In this document: positions 13,453 through 27,109 of the stretch, piece by piece | Position numbering within the stretch: the first letter of the stretch is position 1 | How the letters are laid out: the number at the start of each line of letters is the position of its first letter | DNA from: Octopus sinensis | Taxonomy: Eukaryota | Reading direction: 5' to 3' | DNA: 64,000 bases | Assembly (NCBI RefSeq): GCF_006345805.1 | Contig: NC_043000.1 | Location: forward strand, 48,174,001 to 48,238,000 | Notes under the pieces: generated by a model | Told to the model about the DNA's origin: nothing | Database searches by the model: none | The model's input: the letters and a program-made list of their open reading frames with translations, nothing else | Made by a program: the position numbers and the translations under genes

Positions 13453-16217
13453 ATCATATTTGCAAAGAATATGATAAACACTGATGCAAAAACAAAATAA
13501 ATAAAATAAATAAAAGGTGGAAACCTGCATTTTAGGAACAAAGATTTCTTGCGATGCACTAAATTATTTAAATTACAGATGTTCTTTTGTCAATCCCTCC
13601 ATCAAAAATGCAGTGAAACAGAGATTTAAGTCTGGAAGAAACTTATAACCAGATTTGTGGTATAGAAATACATGAATGAATAAATAAAATAAATCAGATT
13701 GATATTTACACAGCGGTAACAATAGATACTATAAGGTGGTTGCATGAGTGAGAGTCAGAATAAAGGAGGATGATGGTAAAGATAATGCTGCTGCTGCTGA
13801 TGATGATGATGATGACAACAACGATGATGGTGATGATAGTGATGATGATGAGGAGAAGGATGATGATGATGATGGTGGTGGTTGTCGACGTCATCATCAT
13901 CATCATCAATGGTGATGGTGAGAATGAGAATGTGCGTCAAGGGAGAAACTGAGGGCTGTCTGCACATAAGTTATGTTCTGAGATTTGTTGTGTGATCAAT
14001 GTCGTGTGTGTGTGTGTCTGTTTATACGTGTCTAGAATGTATAAGATAACAAACAGTGTTGATGTATAATGTAGTTTTAAGTTGTGTATCAGGATATTAA
14101 GTGTCAGATTGAGAAAGTGACACTTCACAGTCTCTCACCTCTTACACTTTATAAATCTATTATAATTTAGTGGAGTGCATTTGAGATTTATTCTTAATGT
14201 AGTTATCACGCAGGGTTCTAATAATGATTTCTTTATTATTGCCATGAGTGCGACCACATGGGGTTTTAATAACGATCAGATAATTGGTGTGAAATTTGCC
14301 ATGTGCTCAAGAATTTTCATGTTGTGATTTATAGATTGATAATTCATTTTTCTTTGCAATTTGAAAGAAACCATAATGCTTTACCATTAATGTTTCTTTT
14401 TGTATTTTTTCTTCCCTATGTCTGTTGGCCCTATAATTTAGAAGACCTGGATGTTAGAATGTTAGGTTTCCTCCTTTTTTTTTAAAGAGCACTATTTGGC
14501 ATAAGTTTAATTTGTTTTGACTGAACATAGAAATATATTAATTTCTAACGTTGGCACAAAGCCATAAAGTTTTAGGAAGAGTACAGACAAGTAAATTGAG
14601 CCTTGTATTTGAACAGACAAATATTATATTTTATCAACTCCTAGAAGAGGAAAGAAGTTGTCTGTGATGGGATTTACACTCAAAATGTAAAGGCCAATAA
14701 CTAAATTCCAATCAAACCATTCTGCAGATACGTCCTTGAAATAACAAAAAAACTATATTTACAAACATAAGTTTGTTGAGGGAGTTAGTTCTTCTCCAAG
14801 GTGTATTTAATTATAGTTATTCTAGATCAAGGTTGAACTGCAATTAAGCAACAATTTAGTCACACATATTGCCATCAAGCTTTATACATATCTATTCCCA
14901 AAGCAGTTATGCAACACTGAATAGTTGTTATATGAAGTATTAAAAGGATTCTGACAATTTAGGCTCAGAAATTGAGATGCATATTATATCACAAGCATTT
15001 ATGTTAATTAAACTAGAGCAGTGATATCAGAAATTGTTGTGAAATTGCTTTTAAGCACAACAGTGTCATCAAACTGGAAGATATGAGCACAGGTAACGCT
15101 AAGCTGATAGGCTGTTAAAATACTCATTAGATAAACACCTCTTTCCTTTTCCCACTCAAGTAAGCTTCATAAACATAAAATTACCAGAAAAAAGGCTTGA
15201 AAATTTTAGATAATTAATAGCTTTTGTATAGTATTGAGTTCAATAATTTAGTTCCTAAAAAGTATAACCTTCCTTGCTATTAATATATAAACAATAAAGT
15301 ATTCCATTGAGGTCGACTTTGCCTTTCATCCTTTAAAATTCTATAAAATAAGTATCAGTTAAGCACTGGAGTTGATGTAACTGACTTACCTCACCTCAAC
15401 AAATTACTGGCATTGTGCAAATGTTTGGAACCAATACCTAAACAATAAAGTGTAAAGTTCTGAGTGAATTGTTAGCACATCAAACAATATGATTTTGTTG
15501 TATTTAGGTAGGGTTTTTTATCTCCAGAATTCAAACCACCCTAAGGCTGACCTTACCTTTTATCCTTGCAAGGTTATTTTATGTCTTCTAATTGTATGAT
15601 TACTAGCTAATTCAGCATTATGAAATCATTTAGTACAAGGTTATTAGATTATATGCCATTAAAGAACACAAAAACACACCTATGATACAAACATTTCTTA
15701 GTTATTTAATATGTTTACAAGGTTTCTGAACCCTAGAGGGATTCTGTTTGCTAGTGTGGAGATATGGCTTTTGATATACACTGCCACTGATTGGTCATCA
15801 AAGCCATGACACAACCATGTTGAGATGATTGGGAGATCTTCATAATGACAGAGAGCTGCTGCTCTCATAATCAGTCAGGTTCACCATATTGTGTTCACCT
15901 TTTACAAAGATGCAATGGCATGGCAACTGGTAAGAGTTGAATCGCTGAATGCAATTTGAAAATGGAACACTGGGGCAGACACTGCAAGGCACTATATCTA
16001 AAAGGGAGGTAATCAGGATTTGGATAAATACTATTTATTTAGCACTTTTGTCCCTTTGAAAATTCATCACAAATCCTTTCCTTATATACAAAAGCTGTAC
16101 ATGTGATTTGTGGAAATGTGCGTAGTGATGCATTAAAATATTTATAAACTCCATTCAAGGATTATTATTATTATTATTATCATTATTATTATTGCTCTCT
16201 CTCTCTCTCTCGCTCTC

Positions 16218-16291
<74 letters not shown>

Positions 16292-19194
16292 TGGAATGGT
16301 GACTCTCAAAGCAGACAAAGCTATAAACAACACTATGTAAATACTGGTTTAAGATATTCCTTGGATAGAAAATGTTAAAAGCTGTGAGTGAACAAATAAG
16401 CAGAAATAGTACTCTGCACACATGTACTAGAGGTTTTTTTTTTTTTTTTTAGTTTGTAACAGATTGATTTAGTTCCTCCTGTTACTTAAAGTTTCATGGA
16501 TGTGTAAACATGGTCATTTCCTCAGACATTTGGAAGCAAAGCGAAGAAGAAATAGAATGGTTTCTTTATTACAGAGTGAAATGGGAAATAAAATTAAGAT
16601 CAGGTATTTATGTTTAGATAACATTGTTCCTAACATTGCATGTTACAAAAGAAGATGACAAGTATCCACACAATCTCCATCCCATGCTTCCACTTGCAGT
16701 TTCCAAAATTTTTATTGACTGCCCTCCTGTCGTAATTCTTGCAATTCAATGATCCAGCATACAAACAACCTGCATATATGCCAAGTACCACGCACTGACA
16801 GCTAAGGAGCATTCATCTGTTGTCACTAGGTTATCATGACATCCATGTGGCTGTAACTGACCATGGAGCGTTAAGCTCTCTGTATGACATGTAAGCCATT
16901 CCTTACCACCTCATACCTAAAACAGTGATGTCACTGATACATCAAATACCCTGTTTTGATGGCTAAGTGCTATAAATATCTATGTGGAGTGCTTGATCTG
17001 CTGTCATTTAGCTATCATTAAGATAATGTGACCTGAACTGGCTTGGAGTGGTTAAGCTCTCAATTGTAATAAAGTCATCTTGCTCTGTACTTCAATTTGG
17101 TTTTGAATTTCCAAGGAGATGGTTGTGTTTTCACATTCCTGAAACAGTAAGCAACATGAGGAACTAAGTCAACCTGATTACTTAAACATATGTGTATGTG
17201 TGTGTGAGAGAGTATATACATATACACATATGCATATCTGATTATATGTTTATAAATATATATTTAAGTCACAATATATGGATTCAAGTAATCCAGTAGT
17301 ACTCAGAAACAAAGCTCCTTAATGTATCATTCTGCAAAACATATAGAAGATATAGTACAATACAACAGAGAACGATAAGGTGTATAAGTAATTTATTTAT
17401 TTATTATTAAATGTAATAATATAAATTATTTACATGTTCTTAAGTCACAAAATAATTTGTCATGAAATTAGAATTTTCGTATAGTTAAGTAAAATTTCAT
17501 CAAACTATTTCTCTGTCATTTATGACTTATATATATATATATATAGATATATATTTGTAAAAAAGAAGTTTGAAAACACCACTATATTAGATAAATTTTA
17601 ATTTTCTTATGAATTTTACATGTTTCGGTTCTTGAAAAAATGAACCTTATCATATATATAGATATATATATAACTACCTATTGTCTGTCTATCTATTTGT
17701 CTATATATATATATACATATATGTGTGTGTGTGTGTGTGTGTTTATGTATATTGGTATTATAAAAGGTATCCAACTATGAAAACTCTTGCCAAAGCAGAC
17801 TGTGGAACTTGGTGTAGCCCTCTTTCTAGTCAGCTCTTGTCGAACCATCCAGCCTGTGCTAGCATGGAAAACGGAGATTAGATGTTGATGATGATGACTA
17901 TATATGTGTATGTGTATATATGAATATATATACACAAGTATACACAAATTACACACACACACACAAATGCATATATTTTATAAGAAATACTATTTGCGTC
18001 GTGTTTGATGCCAAAATAGTATTTATTCGTTACAATGCCACATCCCCATCACACACAGACACTCACATGCATATTCACATGCATACATACACACCTTTCT
18101 GCTGGAAACATTATTTATTCATATCTTTCAGCAAGATCTTGCAGCAGCTAGCAAGTTCAAAATAGTGGAAACAAGTTTTGAAGTGTGTGCATAAAAGAAT
18201 AGCGACTTATTAAATAAATAAAGATATTATTACAATATTCCCAATAGATATATCTTCAATCAGAATAAATATAATATTACTTTCTCAATGTAGGCAACAA
18301 TTGCACTACAAACTCTACCCAGGAAGTATGTTTTTGGAATTTTTAATATATCTAAATGTACAAATATTATTAATTTTACCATAGTTTTTGAAATATTCAT
18401 AAGGTATGTAACGTCTTTGTTGATAAAACCTCTTCAGATATGATCCTGGTGAGCAACGTTTTCAAATCGTTAAAGATTATATTTTGTTTTATTTTATATT
18501 TTTGACTATCTCTGTGTTGTAGTCATCATCATCATCATCATCATCATTATTATTGCCATTATTATTGTGTGTTTTGGTTTTGTTGTGTGCTTATTTCATG
18601 CAAAGAGGATTTCGCTCATAGGAAACTTTATAAAGAATGTAATTTTGTTGTTTTGATAAAACTGATATAATATCATCGAAAAGTCTTCAGGTTGTTTACA
18701 GCATAACATGAATAACATATGCCAAATAACTAATATGTGGTTCAACTGAAACACAATTATATGCCATGAAAACAGTTGCTGTAGATACAGCATTTGTAGG
18801 TTTTAAATAAAAGTCGAGCTTTACATAACATACATTAAGTTTGCTGTTTTTTTTCCCCTTCTGTTCAATGTACAGAGCCAGTTGTGAAGTAGAAACAAGT
18901 ATGGATAAGATAACTGGATAAGTATCTGTGTATTACTAATAGGTATTTAATCAATGTATGGAAGATGAGAAGTTTGTTTTTTAGCCTCATGGTTTCTGGT
19001 TTGATCCTTATATCAACAAACTCCACTTCTCTTTGCCATCAGCTAACTTAGAGTTAGCTTGAGCCGTGTATTCAGAGCACATCAGTCTAGCAGGATTCTT
19101 CTATGCCCATGCTTTATCCTGATTAGTGATTGAACTCAGTTTCTTAATTTCATCAAGCGATTCTCGGTGTCTTAAATATCAATCTTTACTCTGT

Positions 19195-19580
19195 TACTCT
19201 TTTATTTGTTTCAGTCATTTGACTGTGGCCATGCTGGAGCACCACCTTTAGTTGAACGAATCGACCCAAGGGCTCATTCTTTGATAGCTTAGTACTTACT
19301 CTAGTGATCTCTTTTGCCAGACTGCTAAGTTATGGGAATGTAAACACACCAGCATCAGTTGTCAAGCAATGGTTGTGGTGGGTGGGGGGAGACAAACACA
19401 GACACACAAGCACACACACACACACACTCACACGATGGGCTTCTTTCAGAATCCATCTATCAAATCCACTCACAAGGCTTTGGTTGGCCCGAGGTTATAG
19501 AAGTCACTTGCCCAAGATGTCATGCAGTGGGACTGAACCCGGAAACATGTGGTTGGTAAGCAAGCTACTTACCACACTGC
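19195..19580 (-). mobile_element. SINE family A, near full length
   Basis: Reverse complement of 13053-13452. Confidence 0.9.
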
Positions 19581-20981
19581 CACATCAGTTTCAAATTTTG
19601 GCACAAGGCCAGCAATTTCAGGTAAGAGAGTATGCCACTAGGCATTTTGCCCTGGTATACTATCAATTTTGCCAGTTTGCTGCCTTATAGATGTTAAATA
19701 TCAATTTCAAATTTTGGTGCAAGGGAAGCAGTTTTGGAGGAGCGGATAAGTTGATTACATCAGCCTCAGTGCTCAACTGGTTCTTATTTTATCAATCCTA
19801 AAAGGATAAAAGGCGAAGCCAACCCCAGATGAAATGCTGCTTAGCATATTGCCTGGTGAGATAATGATTTTGCCAGCTCACCGTCTTCCCCCTGTCTTTA
19901 ATATTAGCTTAATACTAATCTTGTGAAAGCAACTTTATGTAGCTATGTGGTTATTTGACCTGCTTAAAAATAACTGCCAGAATTCCCACGGATCAAACCC
20001 GAACACGTTTTTTAGAACGGTAAAAGCAAATAAGCTGATCATAGCTGGAATGCCCTTAGTTGCAAGTCTTGTGAAACAATTTGGGGTTAAGCAACAGCTA
20101 GAATAATGTTTTAAGATCAAATTAAGCCTTTTTCTCTTTTTTCTTTTTTAAGGCCTGGTATTTATTCTGTTGGTCTCTTTTGCTGATCTGCTAAGTCGAA
20201 AAAAATATGTCCATACATGATTTTATGAGTGAGGTTATATTTTGGAAGTGAATACTTTAAAAATGAGTGGTGTTGTAGCATACACAAACCAAACTGGCCT
20301 CAGGTGGGTTGGTATCAAAAGCATTACCCAGAACTGAACCAGGACTAACCAACAGCTACAAAAACAACAGTAACAACTAACTTACATTCAGCAATAGTGT
20401 GAAATTATGTATTGAATATCTGGGAAGTCATTGAGGTTAAAATTTCCCTCTTCAGATTCTCTTAGATTCTATTTTTGATTCCAAACCACTTAGATGTCTT
20501 TTTTCACCCCCTCTTCTCATAAAAATCATTAAATAGCAGGATAATTTTCTACATTTTACTTCACAGCTTTATACAATCCAGTTGCTACAAAAAATAGCCT
20601 ACAGAATGAAGTAATATGAGGAGAAAGAAAAACATTATAAGTTGATTGTATAGTAAAAAAAAAAAAAAAGGCTTAAGAAGGATATTATAATAATTTTCTC
20701 ACTAAAATAAATCATATTTTATCACTTTCACCTGCAGCAAAACTTGACTTAAAAATTTATTTATGCAGCTTTATTGAATTTCGATTTTAAGTGGACGACC
20801 AATAAGAAAGAAGAGGAAAATTATAAATAAACTACGCTCTTATTTGTAGTAAGCATATCTGTGCATATATGTATGTTTAGGTGCATAAGCGTGTATATGT
20901 GAGAATACATATATGTGTGTATGTTTCTATGTGTGCATGTATGGATGAATGCTTATAGGTGTGTATGTATGTATGTATGTA

Positions 20982-21018
<37 letters not shown>

Positions 21019-21026
21019 TATATATA

Positions 21027-21070
<44 letters not shown>

Positions 21071-22084
21071 AGGAATAGATATATATGTTTCAGTATATAT
21101 GTATGCAGACATGAATTTATGCATTTATACCTTGTTTTTAAAATGCAGAAAAAAAAAATTTTTTTAAAGTAAATCATAAGGCCCAATGTGGATAAATATG
21201 AAATTTCAAATTTCTAACAAAAGAACCTTTAACATTTTAAATAATTAATAGCTTTACATAAACTTATGCATTTTTTAATATTTTCTTTTATCTTGTTCTT
21301 AAAAACAAAACCATTAACATCACCTTCCATGCCATTAATTTTTAAACAGTAAACAAATATTTTAACATCAACAAAACTTTGAATCAGTTATGCAAGCACA
21401 CACAAATATACATACACATAGAAGCACATAAAAATATACATGAATACACACATTATTATTTATGGAAACCTATACGCACACACATACCCCACATGTATAT
21501 ATGCTTATATATGTTTATGTATGAGTATGTGTATACATATATATATATATATATACATGTGTATATATATATATGTGTGTGTGTGTGTATATATATATGT
21601 ATGTATATGTATGTATGTATATGTATGTATGTGTGTGTGTATGTATATATATGTATATTTGTATGTGTATGTATGTATATATATATATATGTATGTATAT
21701 GTTTGTATGTATATTTATTTATGTATATATTAGTTTTGGGTGTATTTATATAGTAATATAATGTTTATTATCTATCCAAAAGTATATGTTATTCACAGAA
21801 AAATATATTTCAAATTTCATTTCACTTTTCTGAATAAATATGATGAAAAAATGTTGATCAAAAAACCATAAACCTGATCTTGAATTTATCTTGCTTGTAA
21901 AATAATAGTTGAATCTTCCTCAAATTATACCCTACAGCTTTAAAAATCTAAGGGTACATCAAATTGTTCTGCACAATGGGCTGTCTTTGGATGGTTCCTT
22001 TAATCTGTCAGCTTTGTTATATTTTATCTATCTATTTATATTTTGCCTAAAGGACTGCTAACACTTTACTGAAAGACTTCTTGT

Positions 22085-22345
22085 GGAGGCAAAGGACTTA
22101 GTGGTTAGAGTGTTAAACTCATCATCATAAAATTGTGGTTTTGATTCCTGGACCAGGTGATGTATTGTGTTCTTGAGTGAAACACTTTATTTCACATTGC
22201 TCTTGATCACCCAGCTGGCGAAAATTAGTAATCCTGTGAAGGACTGGCATCCTGTCCAGGTGGGGAATGTATACACCATGGAAATTGAGAAACCGGCCCT
22301 TATGAGATGACATGACTCGCTCGAGAAGGTTAACTTTATTTTTTA
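22085..22345 (+). mobile_element. tRNA-headed SINE family D (V-domain-like)
   Basis: Head CTTAGTGGTTAGAGTG...TTGATTCCTGGACC, then GTGTTCTTGAG..AAACACTTTATTTCAC. Homologous to 59980-60225 and to the head of 26019-26355. Confidence 0.7.
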
Positions 22346-22889
22346 CTCTACTAAACAAAACATTTCCATTTCTGGAGAAAAGGTCACTGTAATTGATACC
22401 CCTACGACCCATCTTGTATTACAATGCATGCCAGTTCTGAGACATGGTGGGGTGAGAGAGAAATTGATTAATGCTTTATATATCAACTCTGTAAAGATAA
22501 AATGCAAACTTGACAGTTGATGGTGGTAGGATTTGAGTTCAGAAGGCAGGAAGCTGCAACAAAAAAAGCAAGGCATTCAATCTAAAGTACTACCAGCTCT
22601 ACTAATTTTCTGCTCGGTGCACAATGATTTTTTTTGTCTTCTTATTTTTATTGTTTACTTATTTCAGTCATTGAACTCTAGACATGTTAGGGTACTTATG
22701 ATCTTAAAGATTTAAGGTCAAACAAACCAATACCAGAACTTATTATTTTTTAAATCTGATACATATTCTCTTGGCCTCTTTTACCATACTGCTTAGTTAC
22801 AGGGATGTAAACAAACCATTACCAGTAGTTAAGTGGTGTGGGAAGAAACATACACACTCATTTGTGTGTGTGTGTATTTTTTTTTTTTT

Positions 22890-23268
22890 AACTTGTTTCA
22901 GTCATTTGACTGTGGCCATGCTGGAGCATCACCTTTAGTTGAGCAAATCGACCCCAGGACTTATTCTTTGTAAGCCTAGTACTTACTCTATCAGTCTCTT
23001 TTGCCGAACCGCTAAGTTACGGGGACCCAAGCACACCAGCATCGGCTGTCAAGCGATGTTGGGGGGACAAACACAAACACATACACACACATATATATAC
23101 ATATATACGACGAGCTTCTTTCAGTTTTCATCTACCAAATCCACTCACAAGGCTTTGGTCGGCCCGAGGCTATAGCAGAAGACACTTGCCCAAGATGCCA
23201 TGCAGTGGGACTGAACCTGAAACCATGTGGTTGGTAAGCAAGCTACTTACCACACAGCCACTCCTGCG

Positions 23269-23270
<2 letters not shown>
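22890..23270 (-). mobile_element. SINE family A, full length
   Basis: Reverse complement of the family A sequence, ending in AGGCGCAGGAGTGGC at the head. Confidence 0.9.
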
Positions 23271-23310
<40 letters not shown>

Positions 23311-23313
<3 letters not shown>

Positions 23314-24945
23314 CCGGCAATCCTCCTAAAAGCATGTAAGAGAGTCCTAGAAAGACCACTGCAGTTCCTCTTTCAGAGCTTCCTTGCAGCTGGCAAACTT
23401 CCAAGAAAACTGAAGGAAGGTAAAATATGCCCCATTCATAAAGGAGGTAGCAGAGCGGAAGCCAAGAACTATAGACCTATCTCTCTGACCTCACACATCA
23501 GCAAGGTCATGGAACGAATAGTCAGAAGGAAGCTGATCACCTTCCTTGAAGAAAATGACTTACTGCCCGACACCCAGCATGGTTTCCGACCAGGGAGAAG
23601 CTGTTTAACTCAGCTCCTACAACACTATGACTGGGTGCTGAAACGGCTGCTCAACCACTCAAATGTGGAAGTGATATATCTCGACTTTGCAAAGGCCTTT
23701 GATAAAGTCGATCATGGAATGATATGTCACAAACTGCGTGATCTTGGCATAGTTGGAAAACTAGGAGAATGGCTTCACGACTTTCTGAAAGATAGAAGTC
23801 AGGTGGTAGTGGCCAATGGGGCCACTTCCATTAACACGCAAATAGTGAGCGGTGTTCCACAGGGCACTGTTTTGGGACCACTACTGTTCATAATGGCCCT
23901 CTCAGACATGCCCTCAGCCACGCAGAGAGCCACGATCACAAGTTATGCAGATGATACAAAAGTTTCACAGGCAATACAGAACCCTGAGGACACTAAACAC
24001 CTGCAATGTGAGCTAGACAAAATATACAAGTGGGCCGAAAAGAATAGCATGCAGTTCAATGCTGAAAAGTTTCAAGCTCTATACTATCAGCATGCAAAAC
24101 TAAATGCAATACCAATGAATACACTGGACCCGAGGAATAGCAATCCCAGAGGCACAATCAGTGCGTGACCTAGGTATTTACATGAGTGATGACGCGACCT
24201 TTCGTGTACATGTTGCTAAATTGGCAATGAAATGCAGACGGCTGGCTGTTGGATCTTAGAACCTTTAGAACAAGAGAACAAGAAACCATGATGGTCCTCT
24301 GGAAGACACTTGTCCTAAGCCACTTTGACTACTGCTCTCAGTTATGGTCACCATCCAGTGTCAAGTTGATCACAGAGCTTGAGGCGATCCAACGTAGCTA
24401 CACGAAGAAGATAGCCTCTATGCAGAATGTAAGCTACTGGGAAAGACTCAGAGATTAAAATTTATTCCCTGGAGCGTAGGCGGGAAAGATATGCCATAAT
24501 ATACATCTGAAAGATCCTGGAGGGAAGTGTCCTGAACTTTGGCATCGAGAGTTACGCAAATGCCAGAACTGGGCGCCACTGCGTGGTGCCTAGGACTCCA
24601 AACTTGCCATCAAGATGTAGGACAAGATTCTGTGATAGCCTGGGCTTCCGAGGCCCACAGCTCTTCAATATCCTCCCGAAGAACCTGAGAGACCTGCATG
24701 GGGTGGATACAGATGTCTTTAAAATGAAGCTGGATCTCTTCCTGTCAGGTGTCCCAGATGAACCAACTTCACGGCAGGAGGGGCAGATGAGGGCAGCTGC
24801 ATCGAACTCTCTCATGCACCAAATAGCAGCTGCTAGAAAGCCTTCATGAAGTGAAACCAAGTAGCAACACCAAATGGCGGTGCCCCAGCATGGCCACAGC
24901 TCATAAGCTGAAACTGGAAAAATCAAAATCAAAAAAAAAAAATCA
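23311..24945 (+). mobile_element. 5'-truncated CR1-group non-LTR retrotransposon (reverse transcriptase, frameshifted)
   Basis: ORF 23227-24168 contains NYRPISLTS, QHGFRPGRSC, YLDFAKAFDKVDH, SGVPQGTVLGPLLF and YADD. Shifted frames continue with SHFDYCSQLWSP, ELEAIQRSYTK, SYWERL, GPQLFNILP and FKMKLD..L, stopping near 24849. A-rich tail at about 24920-24945. The ORF's first ~28 codons are SINE and (TA)n read-in. Confidence 0.95.
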
Positions 24946-24984
24946 AATATATATATAAACATGTATATACACATGTGTGTATAT

Positions 24985-25162
24985 TGGCACGTAAAAAGTA
25001 CCCACTACACTCACGGAGTGGTTGGCGTTAGGAAGGGCATCCAGCCGTAGAAACACTGCCAGATCAGACTGAGTCTGATGCAGCCTTCTGGCTTCACAGA
25101 CCCCAGTTGAACCGTCCAACCCATGCTAGCATGGAAAGTGGACGCTAAATGATGATGATGAT
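24985..25162 (+). mobile_element. RTE 3' end repeat (family C)
   Basis: GGCACGTAAAAAG...GGAAGGGCATCCAGCCGTAGAAAC...CCATGCTAGCATGG...(GAT)n. Confidence 0.85.
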
Positions 25163-25188
25163 ATATATATATATATATATATACACAC

Positions 25189-25370
25189 ACCATATATTTC
25201 AGTGTATAAGGTGACCTACAGATAATACAGCTCAAAAATCGGAATAAATAGTCATGACTTTAGCTAATATCTGAGGTATAAGACGACCTTTAAAATACGA
25301 AACTCACCTAAGTTTAAGGATAGCCTAAGCAACAGTGTAAAAGTTACTATATCATATAAAATACCAGGTA
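25189..25370. mobile_element. Possible degenerate Tc1/mariner-superfamily MITE
   Basis: Starts ACCATATATTTCAGTGTATAAGGTGACC, with an internal repeat GTATAAGACGACC, and ends AAAATACCAGGTA. This resembles CCGTA-type TIRs after CpG decay. Confidence 0.3.
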
Positions 25371-25672
25371 TTAATTAAAGATAATGTTATTAGAAATGTT
25401 ATATTACTTACTGTATCCTTAAAGTTAAGACATGAAACAATATATATAGTATTAACACAAATTTGCATAAGATGATGAAACAAGATTCTTTCTTTAATGC
25501 TGTAGATTGTAACACCGTAAACAATGGCATGTTCATGCGACCAAACTATTTGAAACGTTCAAAGCAGCTGACGACTGACGAGCTCATTATATCAACAACA
25601 ACTTTCTTCTTATTTTGTCTAAGCCTGCTGTGTATGTGTGTGTGTATGTATATATAGAAAGAGAGAGAGAGA

Positions 25673-25924
25673 GATCAAACAGTTTCATTTAGACTCTTTG
25701 ATACTCTGTGTTTCAAGCATCCGGCTAGTCATCGGCCATTGGGGTCTGAATGAGAGTTTCATTGAAGAGAGTCAATGTTTACAACTGGATGTTAGCCAAA
25801 CTAATGCCCATTAGTAAACATTGACTCCCTTCAATCGAACTCTCATTCAGACGCCAATGGCCGAAGACTAGCCACACACTTGAAACTCAGAGTACCAAGG
25901 AGTCTGAATCAAACTGTTTTGATC
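25673..25924. repeat. Fold-back element, ~110-bp inverted arms (Penelope-like pLTR pair)
   Basis: 25673-25782 is the reverse complement of 25814-25924, with a 31-nt spacer and a hammerhead-like motif in each arm. Confidence 0.85.
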
Positions 25925-26018
25925 ATCACACGTAACTCCCAATAAGTGTGTTGAGTGCCCTTCTTTCATTTGTCTACTCACCCATATATATATATATATA
26001 TATAAATATAAATATATG

Positions 26019-26355
26019 TGAAGGCGCATGGCTCAGTGGTTAGAACGTCGAGCTTACGATTGTGAGGTTGTGAGCTCAAATACCAGACTGGGCTGCAGTT
26101 GTGTTCTTGAGCAAGACACTTTATTTCCTGTTGCTCCAGTTCACTCAGCTGTAGAAATGAGTTGCGATGTCACAGGTGCCAAGCTGTATCAGCCTTTGCT
26201 TATCAATTGGATAACACTGTTGGCATGAAGAGGGGAGGCCGGTATGCATAGGTGACTACTGGTCTTCCATAAACCACCTTGCCCAGACTTGTGCCTCGGA
26301 CGGTAACGTTCTATGTGCAATCCCATGGTCTGTGTCATGACCAAAGGGTTCTCAG
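26019..26355 (+). mobile_element. tRNA-headed SINE family D variant
   Basis: GGCGCATGGCTCAGTGGTTAGA (A box), then GTGTTCTTGAGCAAGACACTTTATTTC...CACTCAGCTGTAGAAATGAGT. Confidence 0.75.
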
Positions 26356-26634
26356 ATATATATATATAGAAAAAACTTACTTGGAAATGGATGCATGGCA
26401 TTCAATAAAATAATAATAAAAATAATATATATATACGCATATCTAGACACACATATGTACATACATACGTATATATGTATATAGCTATGCATATATCGGT
26501 ACATGATGTCATGAAAACGTAAACAAACATTAAATACAAAAATAACGTTGGGTACGCAAAAAATGAGAGAAACAAATGGATAGCTATATACATATGTATG
26601 TACACATGTGTGTCTATATATGCATATATATATA

Positions 26635-26856
26635 TTACTCTTTTACTCTTTTACTTGTTTCAGTCATTTGACTGCAGCTATGCTGGAGTACTGCCTTTAA
26701 TTGAGCGACTCGACCCCAGGACTTATTCTTTTTGTAAGCCCAGTACATATTCTATCGGTATCTTTTGCCGAACCGCTAAGTAACGGGGACATAAACACAC
26801 CAGCATCGGTTGTCAAGCAATGCTAAGGGGACAAACACAGATACACAAACACACAT

Positions 26857-26903
<47 letters not shown>

Positions 26904-27075
26904 CATATATACGACGGGCTTCTTTCAGTTTCCGTCTACCAAATCCACTCACAAGGCTTTGGTCGGCCCGAGGCTATAGTAGAAGACACTTGCCCAAGGT
27001 GCCATGCAGTGGGACTGAACCCGGAACCATGTGGTTGGTAAACAAGCTACTTACCACACAGCCACTCCTGTGCCT
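26635..27075 (-). mobile_element. SINE family A, full length
   Basis: Reverse complement of family A; many CpGs retained, so probably young. Confidence 0.9.
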
Positions 27076-27109
27076 ATATTTATATTATTTATATAAGTGT
27101 GTGTGCACC

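Noticed and set aside
17441-17529. Short imperfect inverted repeat (TAAGTCA...TGACTTA)
   Set aside because: The arms are short, gapped and AT-rich; it may belong to the fold-back class but cannot be supported alone.
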